Numbered from the stretch's first letter, positions 30,965-41,300 are shown. The stretch is DNA of 64,000 nt from Candidatus Oxydemutatoraceae bacterium (GCA_965219575.1 OZ244779.1:2092769-2156768); one strand, 5' to 3'. Program-made: numbers and translations. Notes: generated from the letters alone by a model not told the origin.

Positions 30965-32170
30965 TCACAATGTCATCAGCGTGGAATAAATGTGAAAGCC
31001 GCCGATGTAGGTACCGATTGCCGACCCGATAGTGCTCAATACGAAAATCATGATAACTCTAGCTACTCTATTGTGTCGCCACCCCGACAATTTCGTAGTG
31101 TCTTTCTTGAGGGTTGCAAAATCGGAGACTCTGGGCTTTTTCAAATAAAGTTCCACCGCCGCAGCCACCACACCGACACCGATCGTAGGATTGATAGAGG
31201 TCAGCGGTGCTGCCAGAAAGACCGATACGATGGTCAAAGGGTGCGCCGCTGCGATCAAAGCACCCGTCGCTGCCAACCCCCCGTTGATTAGTATCCAGTC
31301 TATTACCAGATCGATACCTACCTGGGTCTCCTTAGAAAAACCGTAGGCAAATCCGGCAATTATCACCGACACGATTAGCCACGGTAGCAGACGAGTGAAC
31401 CTTTTTTTCTGCGGGATTTTTTCGTACTCGCTAATCGTCGCTTCCGGTTCGCTACTCGCTTGTTCAATCTCGCGCACGGTGCCCTTCAGATGTGCCGCAC
31501 CTATGATGAGTAGCATGGATTTCGGCTTATGTTCCGCTATGAATTGCCGCACCTTGGCTGCCATATAAGCGTCGCGTTCGTCGAGCAATATGTTTTTGAT
31601 GTTGCGAATTGACATCGGCAGTTGCTCGAAAATTGCCTCTAAGGTTCGCCCCTGCTTGATACGTTCTACTTCTTGGATTGAAACTTTTTCGGTATAAAAC
31701 AGGCTTGCAATCAGCGCATTGAACAACATCAGTTTTCTCCACCACGACAAACTGCCGTAGAGCCGCTTAAAAGTTAAACCGATATCACGATCGACGACAG
31801 CCAAAGATAGGTTACGTTCTTCGGCAATTCGCAACGCTTCCTTGAACTCCACACCGGGCTCCACTCCCAGTTGATCGGCGAGACGTTGCTGATAACCTCC
31901 CAATATCAATATTGCCACCACTCTAAAGACTTTGCGTTGCCGTATCACCTCACCCAAATCCATATCCAAAAAACTGTTCGGTGATACCAATGTTTTGTGG
32001 CGGCTTTGACATAGCTCTACCGCAACCGAATCGTACGCACCACTTTCGAGCAATATGCGTACCATATCGGCACTTGCCCTAGACACATGGGCGGTTCCTA
32101 AAACGGTGACGCGCACGCCTTGATATTCAAGTTCCACCAGAGGTTCCGATTGCAGTTGTGTCTTATCCAT
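30965..32170 (-). CDS. TraB/GumN (pheromone-shutdown-like) membrane protein
   Basis: LGTAHVSRAS, VAVELC..R, DRDI..T, ERDAYMA, GAAH; C-terminal TM helices. Confidence 0.88.
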   Translation of the reverse strand: MDKTQLQSEPLVELEYQGVRVTVLGTAHVSRASADMVRILLESGAYDSVAVELCQSRHKTLVSPNSFLDMDLGEVIRQRKVFRVVAILILGGYQQRLADQLGVEPGVEFKEALRIAEERNLSLAVVDRDIGLTFKRLYGSLSWWRKLMLFNALIASLFYTEKVSIQEVERIKQGRTLEAIFEQLPMSIRNIKNILLDERDAYMAAKVRQFIAEHKPKSMLLIIGAAHLKGTVREIEQASSEPEATISEYEKIPQKKRFTRLLPWLIVSVIIAGFAYGFSKETQVGIDLVIDWILINGGLAATGALIAAAHPLTIVSVFLAAPLTSINPTIGVGVVAAAVELYLKKPRVSDFATLKKDTTKLSGWRHNRVARVIMIFVLSTIGSAIGTYIGGFHIYSTLMTL

Positions 32171-32924
32171 CGTCTCCGCAAACTTTGCATTTTGCATTTC
32201 TTCTCACACGCAGTTCTCGCCAATTCATCGTCTGTGCGTCAAATAACAAAAGACGACCTACTAGAGTGTCTCCGAGGTTTAATAAAATCTTCAGTGCTTC
32301 AATCGCCTGCATACTTCCGATTACGCCTACCACCGGAGAAAGGATGCCGTTGGCAACACAACTCTCGTCCACATAAGTATCTTCGGTATAAAGACATTGA
32401 TAACAGGGACTTTCGGTATCGCGAGCGTCAAACACGCTCAACTGCCCTTCCATACGGATAGCAGCCCCGTGGACCAGCGGTATTCGGGCGTGCCGGCAGG
32501 CCTTGTTGATCGCATGACGTATCGCAAAATTGTCGGTTGCATCGACAACGACATCCACATCCATAACATATCGATGCAAAAGATCCAGATTCATTTTCCG
32601 ATTTATAGACGTTATCTCAATGTCGGGGTTTAATCGGTGTAGCGTTTTTTGTGCCGATTCGGTTTTTCGCATATCGATACTCTCCGTATCGTGTATCGGT
32701 TGTCTTTGTAAGTTCGATAAATCAACGCGGTCGTAATCGGCAATCAGCATATGCCCCACCCCGCTCGCTGCCAAGTACGTTGCCGCAGAAGACCCCAAAC
32801 CACCCAAACCGACGACGAGCACCCGTGCCTCCAGTAACTTTTCCTGGCCCTCTATTCCGATTTGTGGCAATAGTATATGACGACTGTAGCGCAACAAAGC
32901 GTGGTCGCTCAAGTCGTCCGTCAT
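32163..32924 (-). CDS. moeB: Molybdopterin-synthase adenylyltransferase (MoeB/ThiF family)
   Basis: RYSRHILL, GLGGLG, SNLQRQ, DATDNF, CYQC and CKVC; ATG at 32924 overlaps the DUF1244 stop. Confidence 0.88.
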   Translation of the reverse strand: MTDDLSDHALLRYSRHILLPQIGIEGQEKLLEARVLVVGLGGLGSSAATYLAASGVGHMLIADYDRVDLSNLQRQPIHDTESIDMRKTESAQKTLHRLNPDIEITSINRKMNLDLLHRYVMDVDVVVDATDNFAIRHAINKACRHARIPLVHGAAIRMEGQLSVFDARDTESPCYQCLYTEDTYVDESCVANGILSPVVGVIGSMQAIEALKILLNLGDTLVGRLLLFDAQTMNWRELRVRRNAKCKVCGDDG

Positions 32925-33220
32925 TGAGATTTGCGGTTTTTTAATGCTGCTTGTTGTTCTGCCGTCATCGGCTTTTGATAACGCGCTTTCCATTCCTTAT
33001 AAGGCATCCCGTATATCATCTTGCGAGCCTCTTCGTAATCCAACTCGATGTTGTGTTCTTCCGCCGCTGCCACATACCATTTTGCCAAACAATTTCTACA
33101 AAAATCCGCCAAGTTCATCAAGTCTATATTCTGAACTTCGGTTTTTTCCTGCAAATGCTTGATCAATCTGCGGTAGACGGCAGCTTCCAGTTCCAAGCGC
33201 GTGTCGTTGTCTATTTCCAT
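32921..33220 (-). CDS. DUF1244 family protein
   Basis: ELEAAVYRRL..HL...EVQNIDLMNLADFCRNCLAKWY, IYGMPY.EWK..YQ. Confidence 0.85.
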   Translation of the reverse strand: MEIDNDTRLELEAAVYRRLIKHLQEKTEVQNIDLMNLADFCRNCLAKWYVAAAEEHNIELDYEEARKMIYGMPYKEWKARYQKPMTAEQQAALKNRKSQ

Positions 33221-33337
33221 CGTAATTACCTCGTTGTACTATCGTTGTCGGTCTAAAAAATTCTAACAAAATTATATTTTATACCAAAGTCAAACAGTCT
33301 GTTGTTGAAAACAAAACCAAATAGTGAAAGCGGTTGT

Positions 33338-33729
33338 AAACCACCCCGTCAGGCTTCGCCTGCCACCCCTCCACAGGAGGGGAATGTACCAACACTATAC
33401 CTTGTGCGGAACCCCGGCAACCACCCCATGGAAAGGCTTTACATTTTGCAGTATGTGTCAGAGGAGGCTGTTGAAAAAGTATCGTCAGCGTGCAACCGTA
33501 ACCGCTTGCGCCATGAATATTTGCAAACCACCCGTAGGGGCGGACTAGCATGTCCGCCCGTAACGCGTTGTGCCTAAACGATTTATACATTCATCCATCC
33601 AATTTATGGAAACCAAAACCAAATGGCGCAAGTGATTGGATTCGTACGATGCCGCACTTTTTCAACAGCCCCCCCCTTGACAACCACCCCGTCAAGCTTC
33701 GCTTGACACCCCTCCACAGGAGGGGAATT
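33338..33729. repeat. Composite repeat mosaic F including a 205-bp MITE-like unit (33466-33670)
   Basis: Two ACCACCCCGTCA.GCTTCGC.TG.CACCCCTCCACAGGAGGGGAA copies flank a GGCTGTTGAAAAAGT...ACTTTTTCAACAGCC unit. Confidence 0.9.
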
Positions 33730-33976
33730 ATGGTTTAGTCGGTTAGTCCTTCAAGAAATACTCTAACTTGTACTTGTATAGTAACTGGATTAGGATCACC
33801 TACTAGTTGAGGTTTGACATACTCTGCATTAGGAACAAGATATAGTTCATCTTTTATCACACTTAATGGATTTTCTATGAAACCTATATGACGTTCTCCC
33901 AAAATTTAGTACTAATGCTTAAAGTTAGTTTTTCCGATAAACTAGAGAAGTTAAAAACATTACAGGAGAACTTAAC

Positions 33977-34243
33977 ATGAAGAGAAAACGTTTTAGTGAA
34001 GAACAAATCATTAAGGCATTAAAGTCAAATCAAGCCGGCATGAAAGTAATCGATATCTGTCGTGATCTAGGCATCGCCGAACAGACATTTTATCGCTGGC
34101 GCAGCAAGTATAATGGCATGGAAGTGGCAGAAGCTAAACGCCTGCGAGAGCTTGAAGCCGATAATAGCAAGCTCAAGAAGCTATTGGCTGAATCGGTGAT
34201 GCAGTGTGAAACACTTAAGGAGGTATTATCAAAAAAGTGGTAA
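33977..34243 (+). CDS. IS3 transposase OrfA
   Basis: MKRKRFSEEQII, HTH (ICRDLGIAEQTFYRWR), leucine zipper. Confidence 0.95.
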   Translation: MKRKRFSEEQIIKALKSNQAGMKVIDICRDLGIAEQTFYRWRSKYNGMEVAEAKRLRELEADNSKLKKLLAESVMQCETLKEVLSKKW

Positions 34244-35061
34244 AGCCGGCGCAACGCAAGCAGATTGTCAAAGATCTAGTGAGCGCGGGTCGGCATAGTG
34301 AACGCACTGCGTGTGCCCTTGCCAGTATTAGTCGCACTGCATATCGCTATCAGGGCAACCAAGCCGATAAAGATCGTCAACTGGAAGCTGCGTTATTGGA
34401 GAAGGCAAAGCAATATCCACATTATGGCTATAAGATGTTGCATGCGCTTTTGAAGAGCGAAGGCCGGGTCGTCAATGTGAAGCGTACCTATAGGCTTTAT
34501 AAGAAGCTCAGGCTCGAATTGAGAACCAAGAAGCGCAAGAAGCTGTGTCATCCGCGTGGCGTGCCGAAAACACCGGCAACGGTGAATGAGTGCTGGTCAA
34601 TGGACTTTGTGCATGACCAGTTTAGCGACGGCAGATGCTTTCGGGTATTGAACATAGTAGATAACTTCAGCCGTGAATGTGTCGGACAGATTGTTGATGT
34701 TTCGATCACCGGTCAACGCGTAGCAAACTATCTATCCGAATTGATAGAATGGCTCGGTGTGAAGCCGGCACGCATCGTCTGCGACAATGGCACCGAGTTT
34801 AGATGCAAGGCGATGTTCCACTGGAGCCGAGATCAGCAGGTGGAATTGGACTTTATCCAACCCGGCAAACCGACCCAGAATGCCTTTGTAGAAAGTTTCA
34901 ACGGCAAGTTCCGAGACGGTTGTCTGAACCAGTTCTGGTTTCGTTCAATAAAAGAGGCGAGAGAGATTATAGAAGCCTGGCGAATAGATTATAATGAAGT
35001 GCGTCCGCACAGCGCATTGGGTTATCAACCCCCAAGTGTATTTGCGGAGGCTATAGCATGA
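34237..35061 (+). CDS. IS3 transposase OrfB (DDE integrase core)
   Basis: WSMDF, DNGTEF, PGKPTQNAFVESFNG, YNEVRPHSALG. Confidence 0.95.
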   Translation: MVKPAQRKQIVKDLVSAGRHSERTACALASISRTAYRYQGNQADKDRQLEAALLEKAKQYPHYGYKMLHALLKSEGRVVNVKRTYRLYKKLRLELRTKKRKKLCHPRGVPKTPATVNECWSMDFVHDQFSDGRCFRVLNIVDNFSRECVGQIVDVSITGQRVANYLSELIEWLGVKPARIVCDNGTEFRCKAMFHWSRDQQVELDFIQPGKPTQNAFVESFNGKFRDGCLNQFWFRSIKEAREIIEAWRIDYNEVRPHSALGYQPPSVFAEAIA

Positions 35062-35394
35062 AAACTAACTTTGTATATGGTAATAAAAATGGGGCAACGT
35101 CATATATGTTCTCCTTCCTCGTTATACTCATTTAAACACTCAACAGATAGTCTACCTAAACCATGCTCATAGTCAGGACCGGGAGGTCCCATATCCACTG
35201 CACAGCTTTTAACTATTGCAACAGAGGTGACTGCAGCTTGCAGATCTGTCATAGGTTCTTGCCACTCATATTCAGGATAGTTTCTTATAAAATAGGAAAC
35301 TGCCCATGACGTTCTCCCAAAATTTAGTACTAATGCTTAAAGTTAGTTTTTCCGATAAACTAGAGAAGTTAAAAACATTACAGGAGAACTTAAC

Positions 35395-35661
35395 ATGAAG
35401 AGAAAACGTTTTAGTGAAGAACAAATCATTAAGGCATTAAAGTCAAATCAAGCCGGCATGAAAGTAATCGATATCTGTCGTGATCTAGGCATCGCCGAAC
35501 AGACATTTTATCGCTGGCGCAGCAAGTATAATGGCATGGAAGTGGCAGAAGCTAAACGCCTGCGAGAGCTTGAAGCCGATAATAGCAAGCTCAAGAAGCT
35601 ATTGGCTGAATCGGTGATGCAGTGTGAAACACTTAAGGAGGTATTATCAAAAAAGTGGTAA
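35395..35661 (+). CDS. IS3 transposase OrfA (copy 2)
   Basis: Identical translation to 33977-34243. Confidence 0.95.
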   Translation: MKRKRFSEEQIIKALKSNQAGMKVIDICRDLGIAEQTFYRWRSKYNGMEVAEAKRLRELEADNSKLKKLLAESVMQCETLKEVLSKKW

Positions 35662-36479
35662 AGCCGGCGCAACGCAAGCAGATTGTCAAAGATCTAGTGA
35701 GCGCGGGTCGGCATAGTGAACGCACTGCGTGTGCCCTTGCCAGTATTAGTCGCACTGCATATCGCTATCAGGGCAACCAAGCCGATAAAGATCGTCAACT
35801 GGAAGCTGCGTTATTGGAGAAGGCAAAGCAATATCCACATTATGGCTATAAGATGTTGCATGCGCTTTTGAAGAGCGAAGGCCGGGTCGTCAATGTGAAG
35901 CGTACCTATAGGCTTTATAAGAAGCTCAGGCTCGAATTGAGAACCAAGAAGCGCAAGAAGCTGTGTCATCCGCGTGGCGTGCCGAAAACACCGGCAACGG
36001 TGAATGAGTGCTGGTCAATGGACTTTGTGCATGACCAGTTTAGCGACGGCAGATGCTTTCGGGTATTGAACATAGTAGATAACTTCAGCCGTGAATGTGT
36101 CGGACAGATTGTTGATGTTTCGATCACCGGTCAACGCGTAGCAAACTATCTATCCGAATTGATAGAATGGCTCGGTGTGAAGCCGGCACGCATCGTCTGC
36201 GACAATGGCACCGAGTTTAGATGCAAGGCGATGTTTCACTGGAGCCGAGATCAGCAGGTGGAATTGGACTTTATCCAACCCGGCAAACCGACCCAGAATG
36301 CCTTTGTAGAAAGTTTCAACGGCAAGTTCCGAGACGGTTGTCTGAACCAGTTCTGGTTTCGTTCAATAAAAGAGGCGAGAGAGATTATAGAAGCCTGGCG
36401 AATAGATTATAATGAAGTGCGTCCGCACAGCGCATTGGGTTATCAACCCCCAAGTGTATTTGCGGAGGCTATAGCATGA
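35655..36479 (+). CDS. IS3 transposase OrfB (copy 2)
   Basis: Identical translation to 34237-35061. Confidence 0.95.
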   Translation: MVKPAQRKQIVKDLVSAGRHSERTACALASISRTAYRYQGNQADKDRQLEAALLEKAKQYPHYGYKMLHALLKSEGRVVNVKRTYRLYKKLRLELRTKKRKKLCHPRGVPKTPATVNECWSMDFVHDQFSDGRCFRVLNIVDNFSRECVGQIVDVSITGQRVANYLSELIEWLGVKPARIVCDNGTEFRCKAMFHWSRDQQVELDFIQPGKPTQNAFVESFNGKFRDGCLNQFWFRSIKEAREIIEAWRIDYNEVRPHSALGYQPPSVFAEAIA

Positions 36480-36520
36480 AAACTAACTTTGTATATGGTA
36501 ATAAAAATGGGGTAACGTCA

Positions 36521-37100
36521 GTTCAATCGGCGGTTCTATTGCGCCTGCCACCCCTCCGAAGGAGGGGAATGTACCGGCACTGCACTTTTGCAGACCCTTA
36601 GCGACCACCCCATGAAAAGGCTTTACATTTTGCAATATGTACTAAGATTTTGCACAACGTTACGCCGATTGACCTACTGGCTCAATCGGCGGTTCTATTG
36701 CGCCTGCCACCCCTCCAGAGGAGGGGAATGTACCGGCACTGTAGCTTGTGCAGAACCTTGGGGGCTGTTGAAAAAGTGCGGCATCGTACGAATCCAATCA
36801 CTTGCGCCATTTGGTTTTGGTTTCCATAAATTGGATGGATGAATGTATAAATCGTGTAGGCACAACGCGTTACGGGCGGACATGCTAGTCCGCCCCTACG
36901 GGTGGTTTGCAAATATTCACGGCGCAAGCGGTTACGGTTGCACGCTGACGATACTTTTTCAACAGCCCCCAGAGTTCTGCACAACGTGACACCACTTGTG
37001 CTACTGCAACAAGTGGTGGTTCTATACGCCGCCACCCCTCCAAAGGAGGGGAATGTACTAGTGCGGAACCGCAATGTAACCGACATGTGTAGGGGCGGTT
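36521..37100. repeat. Composite repeat mosaic G including an inverted copy of the 205-bp MITE-like unit (36763-36967)
   Basis: Three direct hairpin-plus-CCCCTCC/GGAGGGG units with TGCACAA/TTGTGCAGAACC-type ends; 36763-36967 is a near-perfect reverse complement of 33466-33670. Confidence 0.9.
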
Positions 37101-37108
37101 ATCGCAAA

Positions 37109-38365
37109 TTAGGCGAGTGCTTGTTCTATATCCGCGATAATGTCGTCTATGTGTTCTATACCTATCGATAGTCTAACCAAGTCTTCGGTGACACCGGAAC
37201 TTTTGAGATCCGCTTTTGAGAGTTGACGATGGGTCGTCGTGGCGGGATGACACGCCAACGAGCGCGCATCGCCTATGTTGACGAGACGCAGAATAAGTTG
37301 CAAGGCATCTATGAACTTAGCACCTGCTTCGGCACCACCTTCTATACCGAAACTCAAGATGCCGGATGCCTTGCCGCTCAAATAACGGTCTACCAACGAC
37401 CTACTCGGATGGTCGTCTAAGCCGGCATAATTAACCCACCGCACCCGCGGATGGGCTTGCAGATAGCGAGCGACGGCAAGCGCGTTATCGCTATGCCGCT
37501 CTATACGCAACGGCATCGTCTCTAAACCTTGTAAGATTAAAAAGCTATTCAACGGGGCGAGTGCGGAACCCATATTCCTGAGCGGCACCACGCGTGCTCT
37601 GGCAATAAAGGCAGCTTCACCCATCGCTTCCACATAGCTAACGCCGTGATACGACGGGTCGGGTTCTATCAGCATAGAATAACGGTCGGCGTGTTCTTGC
37701 CATGGGAAACGTCCCGAGTCAACGATAATGCCGCCGATGCTGTTGCCGTGTCCGCCCATATATTTAGTCAGAGAATGTACGACGATATCGGCACCGTGCT
37801 CAAAAGGTCGGCAGAGATAAGGAGTCGGCACCGTATTATCGACGACCAATAAAATACCGTTCTTCCGGCAAGTCTCGGCGAGTGGTGTCAAATCGCAAAC
37901 ATTTCCTGCCGGGTTACCCAACGACTCACAAAAAACGAGCTTGGTTTTGTCGTCGATTAAATCGGCTATCTGTTCGTCTTCGGTGAAGCGTACCTCTATA
38001 CCCAGACGCGGCAGTGTATGCGCAAATAAATTATAGGTCCCACCGTAAAGTTGACTCGTCGAAATAATGTTATCTCCGCTATCGGCGACGGTAAATATCG
38101 CGTAGGTAGTCGCTGCCATTCCCGACGATAAAGCCAGCGCACCGATGCCGCCTTCCATCGCAGCGACGCGTTTTTCCAATACATCGGTCGTTGGATTCAT
38201 GATTCGGGTATAGATGTTGCCCATCTCTTTAAGGTCGAATAAATCGGCACCGTGTTGGGTATCCCTGAAAGTATAAGAGGTGGTTTGATAAATCGGCGTG
38301 ACCGCAGCACGCGTTGTCGCCTCACATTCGTATCCGGCGTGTATCGCAATTGTTTCCAGTTTCAT
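37109..38365 (-). CDS. metY: O-acetylhomoserine aminocarboxypropyltransferase / cysteine synthase
   Basis: PIYQTTSY, YTRIMNPT, HSLTKYMGGHG (PLP Lys), NIGDARSL..HPATTTH. Confidence 0.92.
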   Translation of the reverse strand: MKLETIAIHAGYECEATTRAAVTPIYQTTSYTFRDTQHGADLFDLKEMGNIYTRIMNPTTDVLEKRVAAMEGGIGALALSSGMAATTYAIFTVADSGDNIISTSQLYGGTYNLFAHTLPRLGIEVRFTEDEQIADLIDDKTKLVFCESLGNPAGNVCDLTPLAETCRKNGILLVVDNTVPTPYLCRPFEHGADIVVHSLTKYMGGHGNSIGGIIVDSGRFPWQEHADRYSMLIEPDPSYHGVSYVEAMGEAAFIARARVVPLRNMGSALAPLNSFLILQGLETMPLRIERHSDNALAVARYLQAHPRVRWVNYAGLDDHPSRSLVDRYLSGKASGILSFGIEGGAEAGAKFIDALQLILRLVNIGDARSLACHPATTTHRQLSKADLKSSGVTEDLVRLSIGIEHIDDIIADIEQALA

Positions 38366-38384
38366 GTGTTAGTCCTCCTTAATA

Positions 38385-41300
38385 TCATAAGCTATATACA
38401 TCGTAATCATCCGATTCCATCGCCTCGACGATGGCACAAGCACCGGCGATTGTTGTAGTGTAGCACACTCTATTCTGTACCGCACTAGATCGTATGGTAC
38501 GCGAATCGGTGATCGCTTGTCTACCCTCGGTTGTATTGATGATCAAATTAACTGTCCCGTCGTCTATAAAATCAACAACATTGGGACGACGATTCTCTAT
38601 AACCTTGTAGACAGGACGACACGCAATGCCGGCGTCGTTAAACGCTTGCCGAGTGCCTCGGGTTGCCAATATATCGAAGCCTTTGTCGCTTAGGTTTCGG
38701 GCAATTTCCGTCGCTGCCTGTTTGTCCACATCGCGCACGCTCATCAGCACCGTACCACCACGCGGTAATGTGTTGCCCGCTGCGAGTTGTGCTTTGGCAT
38801 AAGCCTCGCCGAAATTTCGACCGCTTCCCATCACCTCACCGGTAGAGCGCATCTCGGGACCCAAGATCGGATCCACACCTATAAATTTATTGAACGGAAA
38901 AACCGCCTCCTTGACCGCAAAACGAAAGGCACTCTGCCTCACCTCCCTCGGCACATAAAGACCTTCGCCGTTTTCTACGAAACCCTGTTTTTTAAGGTCT
39001 ATATCAACCATGCAGCGAGCGGCGATTTTAGCCAGCGGCAAACCGATGGCCTTGGATACGAACGGCACCGTGCGCGACGCACGCGGATTGACCTCTATGA
39101 CATAGACCTGATTGTTCTTGATAGCGAACTGTGCGTTCATCAATCCTTTGATGTCGAGGGCGAGGGCGATGATTTTAATTTGCCGTGCGAGTTCGGTTTG
39201 TATCGCTTCGGGCAAGGAATAAGGTGGGATTGAACAGGCGGAGTCACCCGAATGTACCCCGGCTTGCTCGATATGTTCCATGATACCGCCGAGTAGTACA
39301 TTTTCCCCGTCGCACACTGCGTCTACATCGACCTCTATCGCATCGGACAAGAAACGGTCTATCAAAACCGGTTTGTTTTTTGATACTTGGGTCGCCTCTA
39401 ATATGTAATGTTTGAGTTCGCCTTCGTCGTACACGATCTTCATCGCACGGCCTCCCAAAACAAAAGAGGGTCTGACGATAATCGGATAGCCTATCGTGGC
39501 GGCAATGTCCAACGCCTCCGCTTCGGTCAGCGCAATGCCGTTGGGCGGCTGCCTCAAACCCAACTGTTTTATGACCTCCTGAAAACGCTTCCGATCTTCG
39601 GCCAAGCCGATGGTGTCGGCACTGCTCCCGAGTATAGGCACGCCGGTGTCGGCTAAACTTTGGGTCAGATTCAAAGGTGTTTGACCGCCGTATTGCACCA
39701 CCACACCTTTGAAATCACCATTGCTTTTTTCGGTTTCTATAACATTCAGTACATGCTCGAAATCCAAAGGCTCGAAATAGAGACGATCCGAGGTGTCGTA
39801 ATCGGTTGATACCGTCTCGGGATTGCAGTTGATCATAATCGTCTCATAGCCGGCTTCGCGCAATGCAAACGAAGCATGCACACAACAATAATCAAACTCT
39901 ATACCTTGCCCTATACGATTGGGACCGCTACCCAGTATGATAATCTTTTGCCTAGCACTCGGATACGCCTCACATTCCTCGTCATAACACGAATACAAAT
40001 AAGCGGTCTGCGTGTCAAACTCCGCCGCACAACTATCCACTCTTTTGTATGTCGTATTAATCTTTGCATTACGACGGCTGTCGTAGACTATTCGATCGTC
40101 GACCGACAATAACCTTGCAATATGTGCATCGGCAAAGCCCTGCCGTTTGAGTTCGTGTAAATGCGTACGGTTAGAAATCTCAAAAAGACGGTGTTTTATC
40201 TTTTTTTCGGCATCTATGATCTCCGACATTTGACTTAGAAACCAAGGATCTATCTTGGTCGATTCATAGAGCCGATCGATACCAACGCCCATTCTCAAAG
40301 CCTCGGCGATCAACAATATCCTGTTCGGGGTTGCATCGTGCAAGCGTAATACGAGTTCATCGATATCGTTGCTCGGTGCCGACTCGGTGTGCGGTGCTTG
40401 CGTCGAGGCAAGCCCTACATACCCTAGCTCCAAACTGCACAATGCTTTCTGCAAGGACTCCTTGAAAGTCCTACCGATTGCCATCGCCTCGCCGACCGAT
40501 TTCATTTGCGTCGTCAGATGATTAGAGATTTGAGGGAATTTCATAAAATCAAAACGCGGTATTTTAGTAACCACATAATCTATCGTCGGTTCAAAAGATG
40601 CCGGTGTCGCCCCACCGGTAATCTCGTTCTTTAATTCATCCAAGCTATAACCTACCGCCAATTTCGCAGCGACCTTGGCAATCGGGAAACCGGTTGCCTT
40701 AGACGCCAACGCCGAGGAGCGCGAGACGCGCGGATTCATCTCTATCACCACCATACGGCCGTCTTCCGGGTTGATCGCAAACTGCACATTGGAACCCCCG
40801 GTATCTACACCGATCTCTCGCAACACCGCAATCGAGGCGTTTCGCATCTTTTGGTATTCCTTGTCGGTTAAGGTTTGTATAGGTGCGACCGTGATCGAGT
40901 CGCCGGTGTGTACCCCCATCGGGTCGAAGTTTTCTATCGAACATACGACGATGCAATTATCGTTGCAATCGCGTACGACTTCTATTTCAAATTCCTTCCA
41001 GCCCAATAAGGACTCTTCTAACAAAACCTCGCTGATCGGCGACAACGCCAAACCGTGCTTGACTATGTCCTCGAACTCCTCGGGATTGCGAGCAATACCG
41101 CTGCCGCTACCACCTAAGGTATAAGACGGTCTGACGATGATCGGGAAACCCAACCGCTCGGGTACGGCCTGCGCTTGTTGCCAATCTTTTACGACAACCG
41201 AGCGCGCACTTTTTAGACCGATGTTCTCCATCGCTTTGCGGAACAACAAACGATCCTCGGCTTTGCTAATCGCTTCCGACGAAGCACCGATTAATTGCAC

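Larger units (their letters stand above)
33889..35102 (+). mobile_element. IS3-family (IS407-group) insertion sequence, copy 1 (1214 bp)
   Basis: TGACGTT...AACGTCA ends, orfA/orfB with AAAAAAG overlap, TATA target duplication on both sides. Confidence 0.95.
33735..35306 (-). pseudogene. IS-interrupted 3' remnant of a subtilase (S8)-like gene
   Basis: Removing IS 33889-35102 and one TATA copy gives a 117-codon open frame WAVSYFIR...KSCAVDMGPPGPDYEHGLGRL...VQVRVFLEGLTD* with stop at 33735-33737; 5' part missing. Confidence 0.7.
35307..36520 (+). mobile_element. IS3-family insertion sequence, copy 2 (near-identical, no target duplication)
   Basis: Same length and ends as copy 1; I spotted two differences (TTC/TTT codon in orfB; GGGGCAACG/GGGGTAACG in IRR); flanks CCCA and GTTC do not match. 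Confidence 0.95.

Noticed and set aside
33889-36520. Composite transposon carrying the 204-bp interior as cargo
   Set aside because: Copy 1 has its own TATA duplication, the interior continues the reading frame outside copy 1, and the outer flanks share no duplication
35307-36520. IS duplication as a pure assembly artefact
   Set aside because: The copies differ at two or more positions and have distinct, interpretable flanks; a mis-join at copy 2 still cannot be excluded without reads
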